This document shows, in pieces, positions 15,635-24,734 of a DNA stretch of 64,000 bases. The notes under the pieces were generated by a model. That model saw only the letters and a list, made by a program, of their open reading frames with translations. It searched no databases and had not been told where the DNA came from. Numbering within the stretch: position 1 is the stretch's first letter; every line of letters starts with the position of its first letter. Position numbers and translations under genes: made by a program. Source of the DNA: Bacilli bacterium (GTDB lineage: Bacteria > Bacillota_I > Bacilli_A > RF39 > UBA660); assembly GCA_017536505.1 (NCBI GenBank), contig JAFXHG010000038.1:129163-193162 (forward strand), in the 5' to 3' direction.

Positions 15635-16554
15635 TGTATGATATTATTATTGTAGGAGCTGGACCTGCCGGTATGACTGCTGCTATATATGCAAGCATAG
15701 CTAGAAAAAAAATATTACTTTTAGAAAAATCAGTATATGGTGGTCAAATAGTAACGGCAGATAAAATTAAAAATTACCCTGGATTTGATGAAATATCAGG
15801 TTATGAATATGCTACTAAATTATATAATCAATTAAAAAATTTTAATCCTGATATAAAATTTGAAGAAGTATTAGAAATTAAAAATAACGAAAATTTTAAA
15901 GAAGTTATAACAAATAAAAACAGTTATAAAACAAAATCAGTTATAATTGCTACAGGTACTAAAAATAGAAAATTAAATCTTAGTAACGAAGACAAATTAA
16001 TAGGAAAAGGGATATCATATTGTTCTACTTGTGATGGAGTTTTTTATAAAAATAAAACAGTTGCTATTACAGGCGGAGGAAATAATGCTATTGATGATGC
16101 TTTATATTTAAGTGATATAGCAAACAAAATTTATGTTATTTATAGACAAAAAGATTTTAAAATAGATTCTATTAATCTTGATAAATTAAAAGAAAAAAAC
16201 AATGTAGAATTTATATTAAATTCAAATATAGTAAATATAAATGGTAATGAAATATTAGAAAGCATAACTATAAAAGAAAATGAAACTAACAAAGAAACAG
16301 AATTGTTTATAGATGGCTTATTTATAGCTATAGGTCACATTCCTGTTTCAAGTATGTGTAAAAATTTAGTTAAAACTGATGAAAAAGGTTATATAATCGC
16401 TAATGAAGATTGCATCACTAATATTGATGGAATATTTTGTGCTGGAGATGTAAGAATTAAAGAAGTTAGACAGCTAACTACTGCTTGTAGTGATGGAACA
16501 ATTGCCGCCCTAAATGCCTTTAAGTATTTAAACAAAAAAGAAAAGAACATTTAA
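15634..16554 (+). CDS. trxB: Thioredoxin-disulfide reductase
   Basis: GAGPAGMTAAIYA FAD motif and CSTCDG redox centre. Start overlaps the trxA stop. Confidence 0.9.
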   Translation: MYDIIIVGAGPAGMTAAIYASIARKKILLLEKSVYGGQIVTADKIKNYPGFDEISGYEYATKLYNQLKNFNPDIKFEEVLEIKNNENFKEVITNKNSYKTKSVIIATGTKNRKLNLSNEDKLIGKGISYCSTCDGVFYKNKTVAITGGGNNAIDDALYLSDIANKIYVIYRQKDFKIDSINLDKLKEKNNVEFILNSNIVNINGNEILESITIKENETNKETELFIDGLFIAIGHIPVSSMCKNLVKTDEKGYIIANEDCITNIDGIFCAGDVRIKEVRQLTTACSDGTIAALNAFKYLNKKEKNI

Positions 16555-16570
16555 AATGTTCTTTTTATTT
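16543..16570 (+). terminator. Intrinsic terminator of trxAB
   Basis: AGAACATT-TAA-AATGTTCT hairpin (the stop codon is in the loop), followed by TTTTTATTTT. Confidence 0.6.
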
Positions 16571-16576
16571 TAACTA

Positions 16577-16653
16577 TGGGGCGAAATAAGGGAATCGAAC
16601 CCTTGCATAATGGAACCACAATCCACCGTGTTAACCACTTCACCAATTTCGCC
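16577..16653 (-). tRNA. tRNA-His (anticodon GTG) with encoded G-1 and CCA
   Basis: Reverse complement is GGCGAAATTGGTGAAGTGGTTAACACGGTGGATTGTGGTTCCATTATGCAAGGGTTCGATTCCCTTATTTCGCCCCA. Anticodon arm GTGGA-TTGTGGT-TCCAT, T-arm GGTTCGATTCC. The extra 5' G pairs with C73, which is the His identity element. Confidence 0.9.
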
Positions 16654-16802
16654 AAAATATATAAGCCTTCGATTCCCGACTTACGAAACATATTTTATCA
16701 AATAATTTTTATTTTGTCTATACATTTTTTATTTTTTTATGAATTAGACATTAACCTATACACTTTTATTATTACGTCATAATATAAACCGAGGAGGAGT
16801 TT

Positions 16803-17291
16803 ATGAATAATTACCCAAACTTTAAAAACTATAACAATTATACAAATTCAAATATGATGCCAAATGTTAATTTGTATAATAAACAAGCCACTTCTTTTAA
16901 TAACCAATATAAAGATTATAATAAAATGAATATAAATTCAAATAATAGTTTGTATGATCCTTATAATGGTCTAATTAGAGGTAATTTATTTAAAAATTTA
17001 TATGACCCTTATAAATCTGGGGAACCATATGAAATTAAGCCTATGAATGCACAGGCTGAACTTTTAACTAACATAGATGCTTTAAGCTTTGCCATGGTTG
17101 ACTTAGGTCTTTTATTAGATGTTAATCCTAATAATCAAGAAGCAATTAAATTATTTAATCAATATAGAGAACAAAAAGAAAATTTAACAAAAGAATATGA
17201 GTCTAAATTTGGTCCTATCACTCTTGATAGTGACAGTTTAAATTCATATCCTTGGTCTTGGAATGATATGCCATGGCCTTGGGACAATTAG
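16803..17291 (+). CDS. CotJA-CotJB fusion spore-coat protein with an N/Y-rich low-complexity N-terminus
   Basis: GLIRGNLFKNLYDPY matches the CotJA core (B. subtilis ALRKGTLWKDLYDFY). The C-terminal half (...LSFAMVDLGLLLDVNPNNQEAIKLFNQY...FGPITL...PWPWDN) matches CotJB. Confidence 0.75.
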   Translation: MNNYPNFKNYNNYTNSNMMPNVNLYNKQATSFNNQYKDYNKMNINSNNSLYDPYNGLIRGNLFKNLYDPYKSGEPYEIKPMNAQAELLTNIDALSFAMVDLGLLLDVNPNNQEAIKLFNQYREQKENLTKEYESKFGPITLDSDSLNSYPWSWNDMPWPWDN

Positions 17292-17300
17292 GAGGATTAT

Positions 17301-17873
17301 ATGTTTAAATATGTAAAAAAATTAGAATATCCTATAAACATAAAGAAAAAAAATTTAAAAATGGCAAAGGCATTACTTGCGCAATATGGTGGACCAGATG
17401 GTGAATGGTCTGCTGCAATGAGATATCTAAATCAAAGATATACTATGCCTGATGAAAGAGGTTATGCACTTCTTAATGATATTGGTATAGAGGAAATGTC
17501 TCATGTTGAGATGATAGCTACTATGGTTAAACAATTAATGGCTGGAGCTTCACCAAAAGAATTGATGGATGCAGGTTTAACAGGACAATACGTACAACAT
17601 GATCATGCATTATTTCCTGTAGATGCTAATGGTGTTCCTTTTACTTCAGCATACTTCCAAGCGCTTGGTGATTGGAATGCAGATTTAATGGAAGACATGG
17701 CTGCTGAACAAAAAGCAAGAGCCACATATGAACATTTAATGAATTTAACTGATGACCCTGACTTACTTGCACCACTATCATTCTTAAGGCAAAGAGAAGT
17801 TGTTCACTTTAATAGATTTAAAGAATTAAGAGAATATTACTTAAATAAATTTAATGAAAAAGCTAATAGATAA
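17301..17873 (+). CDS. cotJC: Spore-coat protein CotJC (Mn-catalase-like ferritin fold)
   Basis: 190 aa. YGGPDGEWSAAMRYLNQRYTMP...EEMSHVEMIATMV are family signatures. Follows cotJA/B. Confidence 0.9.
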   Translation: MFKYVKKLEYPINIKKKNLKMAKALLAQYGGPDGEWSAAMRYLNQRYTMPDERGYALLNDIGIEEMSHVEMIATMVKQLMAGASPKELMDAGLTGQYVQHDHALFPVDANGVPFTSAYFQALGDWNADLMEDMAAEQKARATYEHLMNLTDDPDLLAPLSFLRQREVVHFNRFKELREYYLNKFNEKANR

Positions 17874-17891
17874 TTTTATCTATCAGCTTTT
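17857..17891. terminator. Shared bidirectional hairpin at the convergent ends of cotJC and lgt
   Basis: AAAAGCT-A-ATAGATA-ATTT-TATCTAT-C-AGCTTTT. The cotJC stop (17871-17873) and the lgt stop (17876-17878) both lie within the hairpin apex (top of the stem and loop). Confidence 0.55.
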
Positions 17892-18664
17892 TTTCTTTTT
17901 ATTAATAACATAATCACACTAAATATTAAAAGTAATATACTTATAAATTGAGAAGTTGAAATTCCAAATATAAATCCTCTATAATAATCTCCTCTAAAGA
18001 ATTCAAATATAAATCTTCCTATTGGATATAAAATTAAATATATGTATAAAAGTTTTCCCTTAAATTTACCTTTATTATAAAAAACAGTAAGTACTATAAA
18101 TAATATTAAATTATAAGAAGCTTCTACTAGTTGTATTGGAAATCTATTAACATGATTTGATAATTCCATAAGTGAATATTTATATGTAAATCCTATCTTA
18201 CTCTCTATACCATAGCAACAGCCACTTAGAAAACAGCCTATCCTACCAAAAATATGAAATAAAGGAATTACAGGTGTTAACAAATCTGAAAAGAATTGTA
18301 TATCAATTTTTTTTATTTTCATATAACTATAAGCAGATATTAAGCCACCTATTAAACCACCATAAAATACACTACCACCAAATATTTCAATTATACAATC
18401 AAAAAATAATTTGAAACTATCTATTTTGTGAAAGTTCTTTATAAATTTTATTAAAAAATCAAATTTTGTTAAACCATATAAAATATGACTGCCAATAAGT
18501 ACACCTATAGCTGCTATTAATAATATTATAATTACTTGATTATCATCTATTTTCTTTTTTTTGCAAACTCTTATTGTATACCATCCAGAAACAATTATAC
18601 CTATTATAGCCATGATACTATACCAGCTAATAACTTTATCAAAAATCTTTATATCAGGAAACAT
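17876..18664 (-). CDS. lgt: Prolipoprotein diacylglyceryl transferase
   Basis: GRIGCFLSGCCYG motif, multi-pass membrane protein. Start moved to ATG 18662-18664 (AAGGAG 7 nt upstream). Confidence 0.9.
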   Translation of the reverse strand: MFPDIKIFDKVISWYSIMAIIGIIVSGWYTIRVCKKKKIDDNQVIIILLIAAIGVLIGSHILYGLTKFDFLIKFIKNFHKIDSFKLFFDCIIEIFGGSVFYGGLIGGLISAYSYMKIKKIDIQFFSDLLTPVIPLFHIFGRIGCFLSGCCYGIESKIGFTYKYSLMELSNHVNRFPIQLVEASYNLILFIVLTVFYNKGKFKGKLLYIYLILYPIGRFIFEFFRGDYYRGFIFGISTSQFISILLLIFSVIMLLIKRKKADR

Positions 18665-18747
18665 TATACCACTCCTTAACATAAAACAAATATATCATTG
18701 TAAAAAAAGTTTGTCAATAAAAAATAAAAAAGCCATTGGCTTTCTTA

Positions 18748-19053
18748 TTAATAGTACATTGAAGATTCTAATGATTCTACTGCAGAACCAATAGCTGCTA
18801 ATGCACAAAGTCCACAAGCAAATAATAGTCCACATAAAACTGTACCAATAATTCCTAATACTAATCCAGCAGTAGCCATACCTTTTTTAGCTTCAATTTT
18901 ACGACCTTTAACAGCTAAAACAATTGCAACTACACCACAGATTAATCCAATTAAAGCTAACCAAACTCCACAGAATGAGAATACACAAGAAATAATTCCT
19001 AATACTAATGAAGCAACAGCCATAGGATTTTTTTGTTGTACATTGTTTTCCAT
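18748..19053 (-). CDS. Small Gly/Ala-rich membrane protein (DUF4190-like)
   Basis: 101 aa with two pairs of hydrophobic helices (ASLVLGIISCVF..., GLVLGIIGTVLCG...). G+C is locally higher. Confidence 0.55.
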   Translation of the reverse strand: MENNVQQKNPMAVASLVLGIISCVFSFCGVWLALIGLICGVVAIVLAVKGRKIEAKKGMATAGLVLGIIGTVLCGLLFACGLCALAAIGSAVESLESSMYY

Positions 19054-19130
19054 AACTTACCTCCTTACCTTACCAACTTAATTATATCTAAAAATAAATT
19101 ATTTGTAAACAAAAAAAAATAAGATTTAAC

Positions 19131-20135
19131 TTATTTTTCTAATAAATGTAAATTATCTAAAAGTATTCCAGTTCCTTCTACTACACAAGTAAGTGGACTT
19201 TCTGCAACAAATACAGGTACTTTTAACTCATGAGAAAGTAAATTGTCAAACCCATGTATTAATGCTCCCCCACCTGTTATAATTATTCCTTTATCTATTA
19301 TATCTGCTGCAAGTTCTGGCGGAGTTTGTTCAAGGACATTTTTAGCAGAATGGATAATTGTATATACGCTTTCTCTCAATGCTTCTTCGACTTCTTCACT
19401 ACACAAAGTTATAGTATGTGGAAGTCCTGTTACTAAATCTCTACCTTTAACTTCCATCTTATCGTTTCTACCTTCTGGATAAACAGATCCTATTTCTAAT
19501 TTTATCTCTTCAGCAGTTCTATCCCCAATTAATAATTTATATTTATCTTTAATATATTTAATTATATCATTATCAAATGTGTTTCCAGCTACTTTAATAG
19601 ATTCACTTGTAACAATATCACCTAAAGAAAGTATTGCTATATCAGTAGTACCTCACCCAATATCTATAACCATATTTCCACTTGGCCTAGAAATATCAAG
19701 TCCAGCACCTATAGCAGCTACTTTAGGTTCTTCTTCTAAGAATACTTTTCTAGCACCTGTTCGTTCTGCTGCTTCTTTTATAGCATTCTTCTCTACTTGA
19801 GTTATATTAGAAGGACAACAAATAAGTATTCTAGGTCTAGATAAAAAACTTTTACCATTTATTTTTCTAATAAAACTATTAAGCATCATTTCTGTTACTT
19901 CAAAATCAGCTATTACTCCATCTTTCATAGGTCTTATAGCCAGTACCTTACCTGGAGTTCTACCTAACATTTCTCTTGCTTGTGTTCCTACTGCTAGTAT
20001 TTTTTTTGTATCAGAATCAATTGCTACTATGCTAGGTTCATTTAAAACAATGCCTTGACCCTTAATATAAATTAATACATTAGCTGTACCTAAATCTATA
20101 CCTATATCTTTAGCAAACATATTATCATCCTCCAA
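19131..20135 (-). pseudogene. mbl: mreB/mbl-type actin homologue interrupted by a single in-frame TGA (19653-19655)
   Basis: The two track ORFs (160 aa and 108 aa) plus the untranslated gap form one continuous 334-codon MreB frame. My translation across the gap reads [79 protein letters not shown]. The stop replaces a Gly of the conserved DIGGGTT phosphate-2 motif. Confidence 0.8.
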
Positions 20136-20174
20136 CTATATATATTATATCATAAATTATTATTTTTAAATTAC

Positions 20175-20426
20175 TTAAACTAAGTTTTTATACTTTTTTT
20201 TAGTGGATTCTCCTCCTCTTATATGTCTTACATCTATATGATACTTTAAAATGCTATCTATTTGTTCAAAAAGCTTGTAATCTACATCAACTAATCTTTC
20301 ATGTAAGTCTTTATGTACAGTACTCTTTGATACATTAAATATTTTAGCAATTTCTCTTATAGTTTTTTTAGTATCTAACATATAGTTGGCTTCATCTATT
20401 ACTCTTTTGATAATCAATGAATTCAT
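20175..20426 (-). CDS. spoIIID: Stage III sporulation protein D (mother-cell transcription factor)
   Basis: 83 aa. IREIAKIFNVSKSTVHKDLHERL HTH. Conserved position upstream of mbl. Confidence 0.9.
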   Translation of the reverse strand: MNSLIIKRVIDEANYMLDTKKTIREIAKIFNVSKSTVHKDLHERLVDVDYKLFEQIDSILKYHIDVRHIRGGESTKKKYKNLV

Positions 20427-20489
20427 TAAACACCCCTCTAATAAATTATATAAATTTTAGATGTGTTTATACATAAAAAGGGCTAAGCC

Positions 20490-21116
20490 CTATAATTCAT
20501 TAACTTTTTTATCATAATAATTTTCTGGATTAACACATATTCCATCTATTATTAATTCAAAATATAAATGATTTCCCAACTCAGTTGATATGTTTGATGT
20601 TGAACTTTTAGCTATTACTTGACCGCCAACTACAGTGTCGTTTGCTTTAATGCTTATTTCTCCTACACTTTGATAAACACTAGTAATACCATTTTCATGT
20701 TCTATCGTAATAACGTTTCCTAGTGTTGTATCTTCCTTAACTTCTTTTACAGTACCATCTAATATTGATACAACATCAAAAACATCACCTTTTGAATATG
20801 ATACTCCACTACTTGGCATATATGTTCCCTCATAATAAATTAATGATTTTTCTTGTGTTTCTGCTTCTGCTTGATAATCATAGAAGTTTTTTGATAAAGT
20901 TACTTCTGTATCAACATAAGGTCTTATAATTTTTACCTCTGTATTAACTACTGGCACTTTTTCCTCATAATCAAGTATTCCCTTAGAAACATAACTTATT
21001 TCCGAGTCGTTCACATCTTTAGCAGCAAATCCTAATACTACAATTCCACCTACTAATAATGTAAAAGATAAAGCATAAAGTCCATAAACAACTGATTTTT
21101 TTAATTGTCTTTTCAT
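20490..21116 (-). CDS. Membrane-anchored degenerate LytM/M23-domain protein (SpoIIQ-like)
   Basis: Start moved to ATG 21114-21116 (GAGGTG upstream). N-terminal TM. The LytM domain ends in GNHLYFELIIDG, where canonical HxH is reduced to H-L-Y. Sits between spoIID and spoIIID. Confidence 0.55.
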   Translation of the reverse strand: MKRQLKKSVVYGLYALSFTLLVGGIVVLGFAAKDVNDSEISYVSKGILDYEEKVPVVNTEVKIIRPYVDTEVTLSKNFYDYQAEAETQEKSLIYYEGTYMPSSGVSYSKGDVFDVVSILDGTVKEVKEDTTLGNVITIEHENGITSVYQSVGEISIKANDTVVGGQVIAKSSTSNISTELGNHLYFELIIDGICVNPENYYDKKVNEL

Positions 21117-21169
21117 TTCATTCACCTCATTTTTAAGTGTGAACAAAATATTTATTTTTATACTATTTT

Positions 21170-22084
21170 TTAAAATTTTTTTATTTCAATATCAGTATAA
21201 TAATGTTTTAAAATATCTTGATATCTATATCCTGCTTTAGCCATTCCTTGTGCTCCATATTGACTCATACCAACTCCATGTCCATATCCCTTATTTTTTA
21301 TTATAATTTTACTATCTTCTTTTAATATTTCAAAAAAAGTTGATCTTAATCCTAATTTAGAACACACATAACTACCTGTTAATTCAGTATCATTTATTTT
21401 TATTTTTTTTATTCTTCCTGTTGAAGTTTGACTAATAACTTCTATATTTAATTTTTCATTATAATCAAGATTTAATAAATTATAAAATTCTTCTAAAGTA
21501 TATGTAGTGTTTGTTGTATATACTGGAGATATTTCATCCCAAGTACTTTCCACACTCCTTAGATATGGAACTTTATTAGAAAATACATCCTCACTGTTTT
21601 CTGTAACTCCCGGACTTGTTGAAAAAAATAATGCTTCAGCTACTTTTCCATCATATGATATATATTCTCCTTTTGTTTTAAGTACTGCTGTTTTTATTTT
21701 ATTAATATTTTCTGTATATGAATTTTTCCATACGATCATTAAGTGTTCTTTATTTAAATAAACTTGATTAATTACAGTATCTACTACATCATAATCTTTT
21801 TTTATATTTCTTTCCATTTGAATCATTACATATGATCGAGCAGCTACAGCTTGAGCTTTTAAAGCTTCTATTTCAAATTCAATTGGCATTTCACCTGCAA
21901 CTACTCCTATTACATATTCTTCTATTGGCACATTACTTATAATACCAGTCTCTTCATCATATACTCTAACTACACTATTTTGTGAAAAATTAAATGTTAT
22001 TTCATCATCTCTAATAAATATAGCTACTATAATAAAAGGTATAAATATAATTAAAGATGAAAAAAGTAGTATTTTTTTTATCAA
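21170..22084 (-). CDS. spoIID: Stage II sporulation protein D (SpoIID/LytB lytic transglycosylase)
   Basis: EALKAQAVAARSY and GHGVGMSQYGAQGMA signatures. Confidence 0.9.
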   Translation of the reverse strand: MIKKILLFSSLIIFIPFIIVAIFIRDDEITFNFSQNSVVRVYDEETGIISNVPIEEYVIGVVAGEMPIEFEIEALKAQAVAARSYVMIQMERNIKKDYDVVDTVINQVYLNKEHLMIVWKNSYTENINKIKTAVLKTKGEYISYDGKVAEALFFSTSPGVTENSEDVFSNKVPYLRSVESTWDEISPVYTTNTTYTLEEFYNLLNLDYNEKLNIEVISQTSTGRIKKIKINDTELTGSYVCSKLGLRSTFFEILKEDSKIIIKNKGYGHGVGMSQYGAQGMAKAGYRYQDILKHYYTDIEIKKF

Positions 22085-22111
22085 GATATCATCTCCTTAA
22101 AAAACATACTA

Positions 22112-22306
22112 CTATACTAACTTAAAATTTATAAAGAAATCATATAAAAAGTTTACTACTAAATATGATATGGACATAGCAATCATTAAATACATAATTC
22201 TTGCTTGATAAACTCTAGATTGTTTAAATAACTTATTTAAATCTAGTCCTTCCATTGCCCATATTGTAAATGGAAGTAATAATATATATAAAATAGACTT
22301 AATCAT
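22112..22306 (-). CDS. Small integral membrane protein, YwzB/DUF1146-like
   Basis: 64 aa. Pattern W.MEGL.L.KLFK..RVYQARIMYL...VVNFLYDF resembles B. subtilis YwzB. 8-nt overlap with rpiB. Confidence 0.55.
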   Translation of the reverse strand: MIKSILYILLLPFTIWAMEGLDLNKLFKQSRVYQARIMYLMIAMSISYLVVNFLYDFFINFKLV

Positions 22307-22742
22307 TTTCGTATTCCACTATTTGAGCCATTCTATTTTTATATACTGGATCTACAGTATTTTCTTTTGCTTCTAAAAATGCATCAACTATTTTTATATT
22401 TTCTTCTATAGGTGCCATCCCTGATAAAGCAATCACATTTACAAAATCTCTTTCTTTTCCATGGATTGCCTCTTCTGGAGTATTAATCTTACCACATCTA
22501 ACACCTTTTACTTTGTTACAAGCTATTGATATTCCTATCGCACTACCACATATTGCTATACCATAATCAACTTCATTTTTAGCAACTGCTTCACCAATTA
22601 TGAATCCATATGTTGTGTAATCTACTCTACCTTCTTGATTTGTACCATAATTAACTACATTATATCCTTTATTAGTTAAATATTCTGTCAATTTTTGTTT
22701 TGTTTCAATTCCTCTATGATCATTTGCTATTCCTATTTTCAT
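22299..22742 (-). CDS. rpiB: Ribose-5-phosphate isomerase B
   Basis: MKIGIANDHRG..., CGSAIGISIACNK. RpiB/LacAB family, 147 aa. Confidence 0.9.
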   Translation of the reverse strand: MKIGIANDHRGIETKQKLTEYLTNKGYNVVNYGTNQEGRVDYTTYGFIIGEAVAKNEVDYGIAICGSAIGISIACNKVKGVRCGKINTPEEAIHGKERDFVNVIALSGMAPIEENIKIVDAFLEAKENTVDPVYKNRMAQIVEYEND

Positions 22743-24352
22743 TTTTTTCTTCCTTTCTTTAAATTTATATTAAATAATGTTTTTAAATTACCATTAAAAT
22801 GGTGTATTACAAAATATATTCCAAAACTTACTACGCCAAATAATAATAGTATTGGTATTTGTATTAATCTTCCATCTAAATTAGTTGGTATAATTAATTT
22901 TAATAATACAATAACCACTTCAAACACTAACCAAGAAACTACATAACCAGGTAATTTTTTTCTTGTATCACTAAAGCTAAAATCATATTTTTTATTAAGT
23001 ACCATTAAAGATATGATTATTGATACACTATAACCAATCATTGCTGCAAGTACTGCTCCATAACTTGGTTCATATCCCATCTTATTTACAAGTAACATCA
23101 TTGGTACATCAAGTATAGTATTAAGTACTAACCCTATAAATACTGTAGTTATAACTAATTTATATTTACTTAAACCTTGTAATGTATTTACTACTATTGT
23201 ATATAATCCTCCAAATAGAGCATAGAAAACATATACTTTAAATACTATTGGTCCATAGAAACTTTCTCCATAGAACAAAGTCCATACAGGTTCAGCTAAA
23301 AATGATAAAAATAAAGTTGCTGGAACCAATATAAACAATATATATTGTAAAGCTTTATTAAATTTATTATCCACATCTTTTTTATCACCTTTAGTATAAC
23401 TTGATACTATATTAGGTATTAAACTAGTTGTCAACCCTGTAATAACAGCAAGTAATATATTATTTAATTTAACTCCCCAAGTAGTAAATACACTAACAAC
23501 TGATTCAGTAGCAGTAGCGCTCATCCCAAGTATATCATTCATAGTTCTAGATATTAAAATCATATCGACTGTATTATAAAGATTGTATATTAAACTTATT
23601 ATTATGAAAGGTATTGAGTAAGTAAGTATTTTCTTTATTATTTCTTTTTTACTTATTTGTTCTTTATCTTTAATATTATCATTCGGTAATATTTTTGATT
23701 TATTTATTTTTATTTTTAAATATATATAAGCAACTATACCACCAAAGAATGCTCCACTAACAGCTATTCCTATAGCTGTTTTCATATCTGTCTCAAATAC
23801 TCTTAAAGCAAGATAACTACCTACAAGTATTACAGCAACTCTAATTATTTGTTCAAGAACTTGACTTATACTTGTAGGCCCTATATATTTATGCCCCTGT
23901 AAGAATCCTTTAGTAACACTTAAAAATGGTACAACTAGTATTGCAAAAGACACCATTCTTATTACAAATGCTATATCAGAAATTGTATTTCCTCCTGTAG
24001 CATTACCTATTATTAATTTTCCTATTTGAGGTGCGAATATAAATAAAAGCAAAAAGATTAATATTGATATTATTGATATTATTTTTAAAGATAATTTATA
24101 AGTATCTTTAACAGCTTTTTTATATCCTAAAGCATTATATTCACTTGTTAGCTTACTAATAGCAAAAGGAAATCCAGCACTAGATATGGCTAAAAACAAA
24201 TTATAAATATTATATGCATAGCCATATAATGCACCACCTTGTTCCCCAATTATTGCATTAAATGGAATTACATATAATAACCCTATTACTTTTACTATTA
24301 TTATTCCAAGGGTTGCGATTAATGCTCCTTCTATTAAAGAATTTTTTTTCAT
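22739..24352 (-). CDS. MOP-superfamily flippase (MurJ/SpoVB/YtgP type)
   Basis: 537 aa, about 14 TM helices, typical N-terminus GALIATLGIIIVKVIGLLYVIPF. Confidence 0.8.
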   Translation of the reverse strand: MKKNSLIEGALIATLGIIIVKVIGLLYVIPFNAIIGEQGGALYGYAYNIYNLFLAISSAGFPFAISKLTSEYNALGYKKAVKDTYKLSLKIISIISILIFLLLFIFAPQIGKLIIGNATGGNTISDIAFVIRMVSFAILVVPFLSVTKGFLQGHKYIGPTSISQVLEQIIRVAVILVGSYLALRVFETDMKTAIGIAVSGAFFGGIVAYIYLKIKINKSKILPNDNIKDKEQISKKEIIKKILTYSIPFIIISLIYNLYNTVDMILISRTMNDILGMSATATESVVSVFTTWGVKLNNILLAVITGLTTSLIPNIVSSYTKGDKKDVDNKFNKALQYILFILVPATLFLSFLAEPVWTLFYGESFYGPIVFKVYVFYALFGGLYTIVVNTLQGLSKYKLVITTVFIGLVLNTILDVPMMLLVNKMGYEPSYGAVLAAMIGYSVSIIISLMVLNKKYDFSFSDTRKKLPGYVVSWLVFEVVIVLLKLIIPTNLDGRLIQIPILLLFGVVSFGIYFVIHHFNGNLKTLFNINLKKGRKK

Positions 24353-24449
24353 AACTCACCTCTATAATAAATATTATACTATCTTTTATAGGTTTTAACA
24401 AGCAAAGTATAAATAAAAAAGTAATTTAACAAATTACTTTCTTACAAAT

Positions 24450-24731
24450 CTATAGTTTTTTACCTAAATATTGTCCTAATAAATTTTTAGCATTTTCTAC
24501 ATAAACCAATAAAGCCTCTAAAAAGTCATCTTCACTTTCTAGTCCATTATTAAGATCTTTAGTTTCTGTGCTTTTTAAAAATGATAATGGCATATTTTCT
24601 TGTTCAGCCCAATATGACACAAGAGCACTAATTTCATTTATAGAATGTATAATCTCCTGTCTTTTATCAGATACATCTAACTCTTTAAATGAAGTTAAAT
24701 ACTCAAAAAAAGCTTCATTTAATTCATTCAT
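24450..24731 (-). CDS. Hypothetical acidic 93-aa protein
   Basis: The ORF is followed by a hairpin and T-run (about 24415-24445) and lies 3 nt downstream of the preceding ORF. No motif recognised. Confidence 0.4.
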   Translation of the reverse strand: MNELNEAFFEYLTSFKELDVSDKRQEIIHSINEISALVSYWAEQENMPLSFLKSTETKDLNNGLESEDDFLEALLVYVENAKNLLGQYLGKKL

Positions 24732-24734
24732 ATA

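Noticed and set aside
16654-16802. Possible tRNA remnant or small RNA (TTCGATTCCCGAC) upstream of tRNA-His
   Set aside because: The T-loop-like string has no complementary T-stem or acceptor arms on either strand. It is most simply promoter or spacer DNA between tRNA-His and cotJ.
19653-19655. Genome-wide reassignment of TGA (code 4 Trp or code 25 Gly) as the explanation for the in-frame TGA in mbl
   Set aside because: TGA terminates well-supported genes elsewhere in the window: ynbB-like at 3701-3703, SDR at 4923-4925, flippase at 22739-22741 and the M23 peptidase at 32802-32804. Several of these sit in ATGA stop/start overlaps. All other conserved genes are full length under the standard code.
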